47,711 nt of DNA from a virus (taxonomy: Duplodnaviria > Caudoviricetes), in IMG/VR virus record IMGVR_UViG_3300005805_006188, positions 1 to 47,711 of that record; one strand, given 5' to 3'. Within the stretch, counting starts at the first letter, position 1. Each line of letters starts with the position of its first letter. Below the pieces are notes generated by a model, which ran no database searches, had not been told where the DNA came from, and saw only the letters and a list, made by a program, of their open reading frames with translations. A program made the position numbers and the translations under genes. Positions 39,873 through 47,711 of this stretch are shown here, one piece after another.

Positions 39873-40279
39873 GCTAGCACAGGCTAATATCGTGTGCTCT
39901 AGACCTGGTTGAAATACACACAGGGACGGAAGCCTTCTCGCTGCAAGAAGCACTCAACTACTACCCTTCGGGATGAAGATCGCAAATGCCGCGATTTAGT
40001 TGTTTGAACAGGATTCTTTAAGGCTAAAAAGACGCAGTAGTGATACTGCACGTTTACATACTACGCTAGTATGTTGTATGTAAGCCGCCGTTGTATAAGA
40101 ACGGAGCTCGAGGTACCGGACAACCGCCTCTGTAATGCTCTAATACTAGTGACTATGCTACTCAGATGAAGTCAAATTTTTTGCCCGCCCTGGGCAAAGA
40201 GTGACCAATTAATCTAGATGAAATCTAAAAACAAGTTGATGAGCGAAAGCGAAATCAACAGACTAACGAAGTTAGTCTT
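39873..40279 (+). ncRNA. Candidate ~400-nt structured non-coding element (ncRNA and/or origin)
   Basis: Longest ORF-free gap in a gene-dense window; more than ten stems found by eye, including C-UUCG-G and GUGA tetraloops and a three-way junction; not recognised as a known family. Confidence 0.6.
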
Positions 40280-40281
40280 TT
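40260..40281 (+). terminator. Hairpin AGACTAAC-GAA-GTTAGTCT plus TTT, possible terminator between convergent genes
   Basis: 8-bp perfect stem followed by a short T tract, abutting the stop codon of the convergent gene. Confidence 0.45.
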
Positions 40282-40507
40282 AAAAGAATGGCATCCCAGT
40301 TTTCTTAGCAGTTTCTAAATTATCTTTAATAATTTTACCTATTGCTTCTCTATCATGATAAGATAATAACATAGCATCTTCGAATGTTACTCCTCCTCGC
40401 ATGTACCAACAAAGTCGCAGTGCTTCTTCTCTTAGGGCTTTTGATTGTCTTTCAAGTTGTTCAAAATATGCGACCATTTCTTCAACAGACATTTTCAAAA
40501 GCCTCAT
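40280..40507 (-). CDS. Small tail/baseplate assembly chaperone partner (gp51- or gpT-like); probable -1 frameshift extension of the upstream gene
   Basis: LCWYMRGGVTFEDAMLLS..DRE; lies in the -1 frame of the gp26-like gene directly after a slippery run. Confidence 0.7.
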   Translation of the reverse strand: MRLLKMSVEEMVAYFEQLERQSKALREEALRLCWYMRGGVTFEDAMLLSYHDREAIGKIIKDNLETAKKTGMPFF

Positions 40508-41337
40508 CCGAAAAAATTTGATTGCTCAAATAATAGTTCTGTTGTATATTGTTCTGAGCACTCTACACATTGTGCTTGAACTGGTTTTATTTTTATCTCT
40601 TCAATGTATTGATCAATTTTATCTTTGATTGCTTGATAAGTCATTCTATCTGTATTACTTACAAACTCTTTAATATAATTTACTTCACGTACAAGTTCGT
40701 TATCAACTTGTATAGCATCAATACAATTTACTAAGGCCATGATATTTAAATCTGTTAGTTTAGGAAACATCTGATGAAATTGTGCGAGTTTTTCTTCTTC
40801 GCTAAGATTACTATCTGCTAAAGCAGCAATAAGTTTTTGTTGCTCATATGAGATAATATTATTTGCATTTAAATTTCTAAATGTTTGCGGTTTGAGGTAA
40901 AAAGTTAAATCGTTTATGGTCACTGGATCATACGTCGGTGGCTTAATTTCGTCTAGGACCACTCTTAAATCTACACTGTGTGTATTTTCTACTCCGCAGT
41001 GCGGACATTTAGTGTCTATGTCCATTAATGGGCCGTAGCTTGCAATTCGAATTGCTATAAGAATTATATCTAAATCTATAGCAGGCATTTCCCATGCATT
41101 TTTGATATGCGGGCAGCAACTTTGAATCACGTCGGTAATACCGGATCCGTTCATCAATGCATCCGGTGTTTTAATTAAAACTTCGTCTTTAACTGTCATT
41201 GGATAGATAGCTATTTCTTCTGTAGGTGGCATATCTAGACTATCAGCAGGCCAAAATTTTCCTCTGCTAGGTAATTTAATGTAAACGCTAGGTTGTCTAA
41301 AGTGTTTGAATAACGGATTTATAGCTGAAGTAGCCAT
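40504..41337 (-). CDS. gp26: Baseplate hub/tail assembly chaperone, T4 gp26-like
   Basis: IKLPSRG, PMTVKDE, DLDIILIAIRIASYG, CPHC, C-terminal CVEC...NFF. Confidence 0.8.
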   Translation of the reverse strand: MATSAINPLFKHFRQPSVYIKLPSRGKFWPADSLDMPPTEEIAIYPMTVKDEVLIKTPDALMNGSGITDVIQSCCPHIKNAWEMPAIDLDIILIAIRIASYGPLMDIDTKCPHCGVENTHSVDLRVVLDEIKPPTYDPVTINDLTFYLKPQTFRNLNANNIISYEQQKLIAALADSNLSEEEKLAQFHQMFPKLTDLNIMALVNCIDAIQVDNELVREVNYIKEFVSNTDRMTYQAIKDKIDQYIEEIKIKPVQAQCVECSEQYTTELLFEQSNFFG

Positions 41338-41348
41338 GTTTTGATCCC

Positions 41349-41356
41349 CATAAATA
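41349..41356 (+). promoter_or_regulatory. T4-like late promoter (CATAAATA) for the tape measure gene
   Basis: TAAATA core in the 50-nt divergent gap. Confidence 0.55.
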
Positions 41357-41369
41357 ATATTGAATACTA

Positions 41370-41377
41370 TATTTATA
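41370..41377 (-). promoter_or_regulatory. T4 consensus late promoter (TATAAATA) for the gp26-like gene
   Basis: Exact match to the T4 late consensus on the minus strand. Confidence 0.65.
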
Positions 41378-41387
41378 GACTACAATT

Positions 41388-43721
41388 ATGGCGGTTTCAG
41401 CAAATATTCCGGGTGTGGGCAGAGTTGACGTAGATGGTGCAGCTAGTGAATCTACGCTACAAGCATTAGTTGCGGCAGTGGCCAAAGCAAACAATCTTAC
41501 CTATAGAAGTATTAAAGATACAGAAAATGATCTAAAAAATCAAGCAGCAGCGGCAAGTGTTGCTGCTAAAAGCATGAACAATATGTCACAAGCAGCAGGT
41601 GGCGCTGCCGCAGCTACACAAAGTGCATATTCGAAAATAGTGGATAATTTTAGCAGCTCAAAAAATATTTTTGATGAGTCTTCGGCTGATCTAACTAACT
41701 TTGGACAAAATCTAAGAATTACAGCAGCAGAAATCAGTAAATCGTGGTCCAGAGCATTTAGTGATACTGCAACAGATCCTATTGCTAGAGCATCGGATAC
41801 ATTTAGCAGAGCTATAAATCTAGCCGGGCAAGGTGCCGGCTTATTGGGTAATAATATTTCCAAAGTAATACCTGGTAAGTTAGGCCTGGGCACTCAGGCA
41901 TTTGTTAAAGGAGCTGTAGCTCTAGGTCAAGAAGGCTTCCAGATGGTCAATTCCATCTTGGCCACCGAAATGCAGGCAACAGTAAAAACTATGTCTACAT
42001 TCAATGAAATGGGAGCAACATTTGGTGGCGGCATGATGGAAATGCGTACCATGGCGTTGGATAGCGGACTAAGCTTACAACAATTTGGTGCAGTAATAAG
42101 AGAAAATCGTAACGAAGTTCTAGGATTGGGAGGGACACTAGCCGACGGCAGTTTAAAAGTTTCTCGTACCATGGAACAATTATCTACACAAACAGGTACA
42201 TCAGGCCGTAGCTTGCGTGAAGAATTGCTTAACATGGGCATAAGCTTAGAGGAACAAGGCAAAATAGCAATCAGTTACATGGCAAATCAACGTGCTTTAA
42301 CTTCAACTACAGCAATGAGAGGAGCCAGCGAAAAAGATATTGCCATGAAAACCCGTCAATATGCTGAAGATCTTAAAATATTATCTGAACAAACCGGCAA
42401 AGATGCCAAGGCAATAGCAGACAAAGCCAGACAAGAATCTATGCGATCTGCAGTATTAGGCAAGTTAACTAAAACTGAACAGGATGGGCTTCAAGCCAGT
42501 TTACGTGGCATGGAAACAGTGCCTGATTCTATTAGAGATAATTTTAAAACAGCTTTATTACAACAACTGGCCGGTGGAACTATTACCGATCCACTGGTAG
42601 CAGGTAACGAAGAATACATGAAGTATGTCAAGGAAGCAGCGGCCCGTATACGGCAAGGCGGCGACAATGTGCAAAACGAACAATTAAAATCAACTGCCAG
42701 ACTGGCTCAGACAATAAAAAAGCAGGCCGAAATTGGCGACACTGTTGGTAATTTCGCAGACACAGCTAGACTGTACAATTCCAATGTTGATGCTTTTACT
42801 GCCAAGCAGGCAGATGCTTCGAATGCTTTTATTTTGGCTTCCACTAATTTAACCGAGGAAGGAATTGATAAAAGCAAAGCAGCCATGGGAGAAGCAGCAA
42901 ACACTACAGAAAAACTCCAAACATCAATGACGCAAATGCAGATAGCTGCGTCTGATTTTAACAAAAATCTAGGACATATAGCTAGTAATCTACTACCAAC
43001 GTATGCTGGTATAGTTAAGTCTACAAACGAAGCCATGACAAGTTTAATGACTACGATGCAAAGACTAGCAACAGGTAATCTAAACCTTGACACGTTTTTA
43101 AAAGATTTAAAAAATGGAATTTTACGAACATTAAAAGAAAATTTTGGCACACAAGCTCCTGCAGGTGCAGCGTCCGGAAGAGCTGCAGAACGGCGTGCAA
43201 ATCGAGCACCTTTGCCGGAAGTAGACATGGAGGTAAGACAAGGTGGTCCCACAACTGTAACTAATCCGGATCAGGCAAATCAAGCACCTCCTCCTACTAG
43301 AGAACCTGGAAGAGCTGTAGAACGCCGAGAAATTGGTGGTCCTGTAATGGCAGATATGCCGTATCTAATAGGTGAAGCAGGGCCAGAACTATTTGTACCC
43401 GACGCAGCCGGGCAAATTTTAACAATGAAGACAATGCAAGAAAGATTTTCTGCTTTAAAGTCTATGCAGTCAAGTCAACAAGATACAAGCAAAGCAAACG
43501 AAACAGATTCAACACAATCAACCAAAGAAATCTTAACTTCATTTATTGAAGGATCAAATGGAGTAGCATCAATTATGAATGCGATGAAAAATCAAATAGC
43601 TGACGATAATAAACAGCAACTTAGCATGCTTCAAGAACAAATTGCGAAATTAGATGATTTAGTTTCTACAATGAAAGACAATGTCAGAGCTAGTGAAAAT
43701 ATCGTAAATGTACTAGCATAA
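41388..43721 (+). CDS. Tail tape measure protein-like (T4 gp29 equivalent)
   Basis: Long helical protein rich in Ala/Gln/Met; C-terminal GGPV....PYLIGEAGPELFVP motif typical of tape measure proteins; adjacent to the chaperone genes. Confidence 0.78.
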   Translation: MAVSANIPGVGRVDVDGAASESTLQALVAAVAKANNLTYRSIKDTENDLKNQAAAASVAAKSMNNMSQAAGGAAAATQSAYSKIVDNFSSSKNIFDESSADLTNFGQNLRITAAEISKSWSRAFSDTATDPIARASDTFSRAINLAGQGAGLLGNNISKVIPGKLGLGTQAFVKGAVALGQEGFQMVNSILATEMQATVKTMSTFNEMGATFGGGMMEMRTMALDSGLSLQQFGAVIRENRNEVLGLGGTLADGSLKVSRTMEQLSTQTGTSGRSLREELLNMGISLEEQGKIAISYMANQRALTSTTAMRGASEKDIAMKTRQYAEDLKILSEQTGKDAKAIADKARQESMRSAVLGKLTKTEQDGLQASLRGMETVPDSIRDNFKTALLQQLAGGTITDPLVAGNEEYMKYVKEAAARIRQGGDNVQNEQLKSTARLAQTIKKQAEIGDTVGNFADTARLYNSNVDAFTAKQADASNAFILASTNLTEEGIDKSKAAMGEAANTTEKLQTSMTQMQIAASDFNKNLGHIASNLLPTYAGIVKSTNEAMTSLMTTMQRLATGNLNLDTFLKDLKNGILRTLKENFGTQAPAGAASGRAAERRANRAPLPEVDMEVRQGGPTTVTNPDQANQAPPPTREPGRAVERREIGGPVMADMPYLIGEAGPELFVPDAAGQILTMKTMQERFSALKSMQSSQQDTSKANETDSTQSTKEILTSFIEGSNGVASIMNAMKNQIADDNKQQLSMLQEQIAKLDDLVSTMKDNVRASENIVNVLA

Positions 43722-43724
43722 TCC

Positions 43725-43732
43725 GGTAAATA
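43725..43732 (+). promoter_or_regulatory. T4-like late promoter (GGTAAATA) for the portal gene
   Basis: TAAATA core about 21 nt upstream of the ATG. Confidence 0.55.
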
Positions 43733-43753
43733 TAGGAACAAATAAAACATAAT

Positions 43754-45469
43754 ATGACCTGGCGAAAATACTTTAAATCATCAAATTTACCTAGTAATGT
43801 AAGTCCTCTTGGTAGTGGTAAACTGGCTGATCCTGGCTATAGAAATTACCAAAGCAATTTACCAGAAGTTTATATAGGTCATCCGAATAGAGTTGAGAGA
43901 TATAATCAATACGAACAAATGGACATGGATTCGGAAATTAATGCAGCACTAGATATTTTAGCCGAATTCATGACTCAGAAAAACGAAGCAAATGGGACTG
44001 CATTTGATATTCATTTCAAAGAAAAACCGACAGATAACGAAGTTAAAATTATTAAAGAACAACTGCAACAATGGGTATCATTGAACGAATTAAACAAAAG
44101 AATATTTAAAATTGTACGAAATGTTATCAAATATGGCGATCAAATTTTTATTCGAGACCCGGAAAACTTTAAACTATTTTGGACAGAAATGTCTAAAGTT
44201 ACCAAAGTAATCGTAAATGAAGCTGAAGGAAAAAAGCCTGAGCAATATATACTGAAAGATCTAAATCCTAATTTTCAAAACTTAACAGTAACAGCGGTTG
44301 CATCTACAGACACTTATATAAATCATCCACAAGTTGGAGGTCCCAGCGGCTCTTATATCCAACCCGCAACTCCTTACAGTGGAGGCAGTAGATTCGCTCA
44401 TGCTCAAAACGAAGCTGCTATCAATGCAGAACATGTCATGCACATAAGTTTAACTGAAGGTTTAGATGTTTATTGGCCCTTTGGTAACAGCGTATTAGAA
44501 AACGTTTTTAAAGTTTTTAAACAAAAAGAATTGCTAGAAGATAGTATTATTATCTATCGTGTACAACGTGCACCAGAGCGTAGAGTGTTCAAAATTGATA
44601 CAGGTAATATGCCTAGTCATATGGCAATGGCATTTGTTGAAAGAATTAAAAACGAAATACATCAACGTAGAATTCCTACACAGACCGGTGGTGGTCAAAA
44701 TATGATGGATGCTACGTATAATCCATTGGCAATTATGGAAGATTATTTCTTCCCAACCACTGCAGACGGTCGTGGATCTAGTGTTGACGTACTACCAGGT
44801 GGCCAAAATCTAGGCGAAATTACTGATCTAAGATTTTTTACTAATAAATTATTTAGAGGGTTAAGAATTCCAAGTTCATACTTACCTACTGGAGTAGACG
44901 ACGGAACTCAAGCAATTAGCGACGGAAGAGTAGGAACAGCACTGATCCAAGAGTGGAGATTTAATCAGTACTGCAAACGATTACAGTCTTTAATTATTGA
45001 TAAATTAGACCAAGAATTTAAGTTGTTTATGCGTTGGCGCGGGGTTAACATAGATGGGCAATTATTTGATTTAATATTTGAAGAACCGCAAAACTTTGCT
45101 CAATACAGACAAGCTGATATAGATACTGCTAGAATTAATACATTTACTGCATTAGAGCAGGTGCCTTACATGAGTAAACGCTTCTTAATGAAACGTTATT
45201 TGGGAATGACAGAACAGGAAATGCAGGAAAATGAAGAAATGTGGGCTGAAGAACAAGGCGACATTGAAATTGCAAGTGCGGAAGATCCAAATCTGCGTAG
45301 CGTAGGAGTAACCCCAGCTGGATTGTCGGGTGATCTAGACGCAGTAGCGCCACCACCAGAATCTGGAGCCGAAGCCGGTGCTATGCCGCAACAAGGTATG
45401 AGTCCCATGGGAGGCCCCCCGGCCGCGGCCGGAGCACCAGCTGCACCAGCTGGTCCAATGACAGTTTAA
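43754..45469 (+). CDS. gp20: Portal protein, T4 gp20-like
   Basis: MDSEINAALD, LLEDSIIIYRVQRAPERRVFKIDTGNMP, EDYFFP...GRGSSVDVLPGGQNLGEI.D..FF..KL.RGLRIPSS. Confidence 0.95.
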   Translation: MTWRKYFKSSNLPSNVSPLGSGKLADPGYRNYQSNLPEVYIGHPNRVERYNQYEQMDMDSEINAALDILAEFMTQKNEANGTAFDIHFKEKPTDNEVKIIKEQLQQWVSLNELNKRIFKIVRNVIKYGDQIFIRDPENFKLFWTEMSKVTKVIVNEAEGKKPEQYILKDLNPNFQNLTVTAVASTDTYINHPQVGGPSGSYIQPATPYSGGSRFAHAQNEAAINAEHVMHISLTEGLDVYWPFGNSVLENVFKVFKQKELLEDSIIIYRVQRAPERRVFKIDTGNMPSHMAMAFVERIKNEIHQRRIPTQTGGGQNMMDATYNPLAIMEDYFFPTTADGRGSSVDVLPGGQNLGEITDLRFFTNKLFRGLRIPSSYLPTGVDDGTQAISDGRVGTALIQEWRFNQYCKRLQSLIIDKLDQEFKLFMRWRGVNIDGQLFDLIFEEPQNFAQYRQADIDTARINTFTALEQVPYMSKRFLMKRYLGMTEQEMQENEEMWAEEQGDIEIASAEDPNLRSVGVTPAGLSGDLDAVAPPPESGAEAGAMPQQGMSPMGGPPAAAGAPAAPAGPMTV

Positions 45470-45478
45470 TGCATTTTG

Positions 45479-45486
45479 GGTAAATA
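45479..45486 (+). promoter_or_regulatory. T4-like late promoter (GGTAAATA)
   Basis: TAAATA core 5 nt before the ATG at 45492. Confidence 0.5.
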
Positions 45487-45491
45487 ATATT

Positions 45492-45716
45492 ATGATCTTA
45501 AATGAATTATACAACTTACCCAAACCTGGTTATCAGTCCGAAAAAGAAGATAACACGCCAATGAAGTTGGGCGATTTGCGTAAAACTCGTTTAACTCTTG
45601 GCGATTTAAATCGTTTACGTATGGCCAATGATGTTCGTAAAGTCGAACATGAAAATAAATTAGAACAGATTTCTAAGCAATACAAACCGCCGGCCGCAGC
45701 TGGTCCTGCTGTATAA
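45492..45716 (+). CDS. Small head-module protein (hypothetical)
   Basis: 74-aa ORF between the portal and prohead core genes; RKTRLTL..LNRLR motif. Confidence 0.7.
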   Translation: MILNELYNLPKPGYQSEKEDNTPMKLGDLRKTRLTLGDLNRLRMANDVRKVEHENKLEQISKQYKPPAAAGPAV

Positions 45717-45767
45717 TCTCAAAAACCTTCAAAAAACACCCATTTAAACCCGTAATCTACGCAGTTT

Positions 45768-45775
45768 TGTAAATA
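45768..45775 (+). promoter_or_regulatory. T4-like late promoter (TGTAAATA)
   Basis: TAAATA core upstream of a strong AAGGAG ribosome-binding site. Confidence 0.55.
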
Positions 45776-45807
45776 ATTAACAAGCCATATTATTTAAGGA
45801 GTTCCTA

Positions 45808-46788
45808 ATGAACAAATATGAACAGCTAATTGAACACATTATTAACGACGACGAAGATAAAGCTCGTGCGTTGTTTCATCAAATTGTAGTTGAAAGATCA
45901 CGTGATATTTACGAGTCTTTGATGGATGAAGAATATACTGAAGAAGATATTCATGCAGAAAATCCAGTTGAAGATATGATGGGCGAAATTCAAGCCGACG
46001 AAACCAATGGAATTGGCGAAGGTGGCGATGAAGACGATCTAGACATGGATCTAGGTGACGAGGATGGCGAAGAAGGCATGGATGACATGGGTCCAGAAAT
46101 GGGCATGGATGACATGGGCGACGAGGGCGATCTAGAGCAAAAAGTTATGGATCTTGAGTCCGAACTGGAAGCATTGAAAGCAGAATTTGAAGCTTTAATG
46201 GGCGACGAGAGTGACGATGACGGCATGGACATGGACAACATGGATGACATGGGTGGCGACGGCGACGAGTTCAAGATGATGGAAGAGTCCGACGATGATG
46301 ACGAAGAAGAAGTTACAGAAGCTAAAGATGATGACGAAGAAGATGACGAAGAAATGACTGAGTCGGTACAACGTAAACCTCTTCCGAAGACTGCTGTTGA
46401 CTTAATGCGTGAATACGTAGAAAAAATTTCAGCACCAAGCAACACTGAGTTTACTCCGGTAGGCACCGGTGCAGGCGGCGATAAGCCAGCTGGTAACACA
46501 GCCAATCCACTAGCAGGTAAAAATGATATGGGCGGTAGTTCAGCTAATATTGCCAAAGGTGGTAGCGAATCAGCACCAGATGGTCAGCGTCCAAATGGTA
46601 AAGCAGGTGGTTTCTTGAAGAACCCACAAGAGCATCCAGAAGCAAAAAAGAATGTTAACGTCCCAGGCGGTAACAAAGGTGCCCAAAATTGGTACAGCAA
46701 CAAAGCAAGTGCTAAAAAGGGCGAAGGGCAAACTACCGATGGATCAGTACCTGTCCAAAAGAAGAGTATTGAACCAGGTGGTAATTAA
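45808..46788 (+). CDS. Highly acidic prohead core/internal scaffolding protein (gp67/gp68 position)
   Basis: D/E/M/G low-complexity middle, short coiled coil (LEQKVMDLESELEALKAEFEALM), G/N/K-rich tail; lies between portal and protease. Confidence 0.7.
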   Translation: MNKYEQLIEHIINDDEDKARALFHQIVVERSRDIYESLMDEEYTEEDIHAENPVEDMMGEIQADETNGIGEGGDEDDLDMDLGDEDGEEGMDDMGPEMGMDDMGDEGDLEQKVMDLESELEALKAEFEALMGDESDDDGMDMDNMDDMGGDGDEFKMMEESDDDDEEEVTEAKDDDEEDDEEMTESVQRKPLPKTAVDLMREYVEKISAPSNTEFTPVGTGAGGDKPAGNTANPLAGKNDMGGSSANIAKGGSESAPDGQRPNGKAGGFLKNPQEHPEAKKNVNVPGGNKGAQNWYSNKASAKKGEGQTTDGSVPVQKKSIEPGGN

Positions 46789-46801
46789 TTAGGGCAATAA
46801 T

Positions 46802-47443
46802 ATGGCTTTGTACCTAAAAGAGAATCTTACTTTTGATCGGGCACAGATAGAAGTTTTAACCGAAGACTCTACAACCGGTCAAGGTAAGAATCTATATATG
46901 AAAGGGATATTCATCGAGGGAGGTGTAAAGAACGCTAACCAACGTGTTTATCCCGTTCAAGAAATCGCTAAAGCCGTAAATCAGATCAATGAACAAATCA
47001 AGAGCGGACATAGTGTTCTTGGTGAAGTTGATCACCCTGATGACTTAAAGATTAACTTGGATCGTGTGTCACATATGATTGAACAAATGTGGATGGACGG
47101 TCCTTGCGGTCACGGTAAACTAAAGATTCTACCAACTCCGATGGGTAAACTTGTTGAGGCAATGATTACTTCGGGTGTTAAGTTGGGTGTTAGTAGTCGT
47201 GGAAGCGGTGAAGTAAATGAAAGCTCAGGACATGTTAGCGGATTTGATATCATTACCGTTGACATTGTAGCACAGCCTTCGGCTCCACATGCATATCCTA
47301 AAGCAATCTATGAGGGCTTGATGAATATGCGTCATGGACACCGAGTGTTAGAAGTGGCTCGTGATGCCACGCAAAATCAAAGAGTACAGCGGTACCTGAA
47401 AGAAGGCATAACACGCCTTATCAATGACCTTAAGTTAAAATAG
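46802..47443 (+). CDS. gp21: Prohead protease, T4 gp21-like
   Basis: GIFIEGGVKNANQRVYP, LGEVDHP, VSH, TPMG, GVSSRGSG, DIVAQPSAP.AY. Confidence 0.95.
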   Translation: MALYLKENLTFDRAQIEVLTEDSTTGQGKNLYMKGIFIEGGVKNANQRVYPVQEIAKAVNQINEQIKSGHSVLGEVDHPDDLKINLDRVSHMIEQMWMDGPCGHGKLKILPTPMGKLVEAMITSGVKLGVSSRGSGEVNESSGHVSGFDIITVDIVAQPSAPHAYPKAIYEGLMNMRHGHRVLEVARDATQNQRVQRYLKEGITRLINDLKLK

Positions 47444-47453
47444 GAGAGTCGTA

Positions 47454-47711
47454 ATGACACTAGATGCATTGAAACCATTGTTAGATAGTGGAATCATTAA
47501 CGAAGACACTCAGCAAGCAATCACCGAAGCTTGGGAAGCAAAACTTCTCGAGGCACGTGAGCAAGTGAGAGCTGAACTTCGTGAAGAATTCGCACAACGC
47601 TATCAACATGACAAACAAGTAATGGTTGAAGCTCTAGATAAAATGGTAACTGAAAGTCTACAAAGTGAACTGGAAGAGTTTGCTACAGAGAAAGCAAAAC
47701 TAGCTGAAGAT
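47454..47711 (+). CDS. gp22: Prohead scaffolding protein, T4 gp22-like (5' part; runs off the window)
   Basis: Manual translation MTLDALKPLLDSGIINEDTQQAITEAWEAKLLEAREQVRAELREEFAQRY...; AGGAG ribosome-binding site; coiled coil; follows gp21. Confidence 0.8.
   Translation, partial: MTLDALKPLLDSGIINEDTQQAITEAWEAKLLEAREQVRAELREEFAQRYQHDKQVMVEALDKMVTESLQSELEEFATEKAKLAED

Noticed and set aside
40104-40117. GAGCTCGAGGTACC resembles a cloning polylinker (SacI-XhoI-KpnI)
   Set aside because: No other vector sequence nearby, and the bases take part in the nested GAGC/GCTC and GAGG/CCTC stems of the element
40236-40254. Hammerhead-ribozyme-like core TTGATGA-GCGAAAGC-GAAA
   Set aside because: The first core base is U rather than C, no stem I/III with an NUH cleavage site can be formed, and the flanks pair with each other as a simple hairpin
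39873-40279. Group I/II intron, RNase P RNA, tmRNA, tRNA or retron identity for the structured region
   Set aside because: Only fragmentary resemblance (CTCAACTACTA, GACT/AGTC, a GAGC-started stem); no interrupted gene, no complete catalytic core or cloverleaf, and no reverse transcriptase in the window
41540-43254. Several antisense ORFs of 67-181 aa inside the tape measure gene
   Set aside because: Fully nested opposite a well-supported gene, with no recognisable motifs
46030-46360. Short tandem-like DNA repeats (GGCATGGATGACATGGG and similar) as a CRISPR or guide array
   Set aside because: In-frame coding repeats with irregular spacing and no repeat-spacer structure; no cas genes in the window
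45990-46556. 188-aa Ser-rich antisense ORF
   Set aside because: Shadow of the low-complexity GAY/GAR/ATG codons of the acidic prohead protein
1-47711. Stop-codon reassignment, as found in some large phages
   Set aside because: Genes are full length and densely packed under the standard code, and TAA, TAG and TGA all end well-supported genes

Overview
The window is a slice of a large T4-related myovirus (jumbo-phage-like) genome that reads in the standard genetic code. A long minus-strand block (33459 down to 1) holds baseplate and tail genes: tube-initiator-like, gp53, hub, gp5/VgrG-like spike, lysozyme-like, gp25, gp6, a 4543-aa wedge/adhesin protein and three fibre-like proteins. These run directly into a cluster of glycosyltransferases and radical SAM enzymes. 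A plus-strand block holds the gp55 late sigma factor, gp47 and gp46 (Mre11/Rad50-like, split by a three-gene accessory insert) and a stand-alone GIY-YIG gene followed by about 400 nt of densely base-paired non-coding sequence. Next come a minus-strand gp26-like chaperone pair with a probable -1 frameshift site, then tape measure, portal, prohead core, protease and the start of the scaffold gene. T4-type late promoters (nnTAAATA) precede most structural genes, and sigma70-type promoters precede gp55, gp47 and gp46. Best leads: (1) the GIY-YIG gene plus structured element, with RNA-type loops in its 5' part and DNA-type GAA loops in its 3' part; (2) a putative virion-modification system, with glycosyltransferase/radical SAM genes beside fibre proteins enriched in [AGS]-N-[ILV]; (3) the G/GT-like frameshift. 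All calls come from motif recognition by eye, without database searches.
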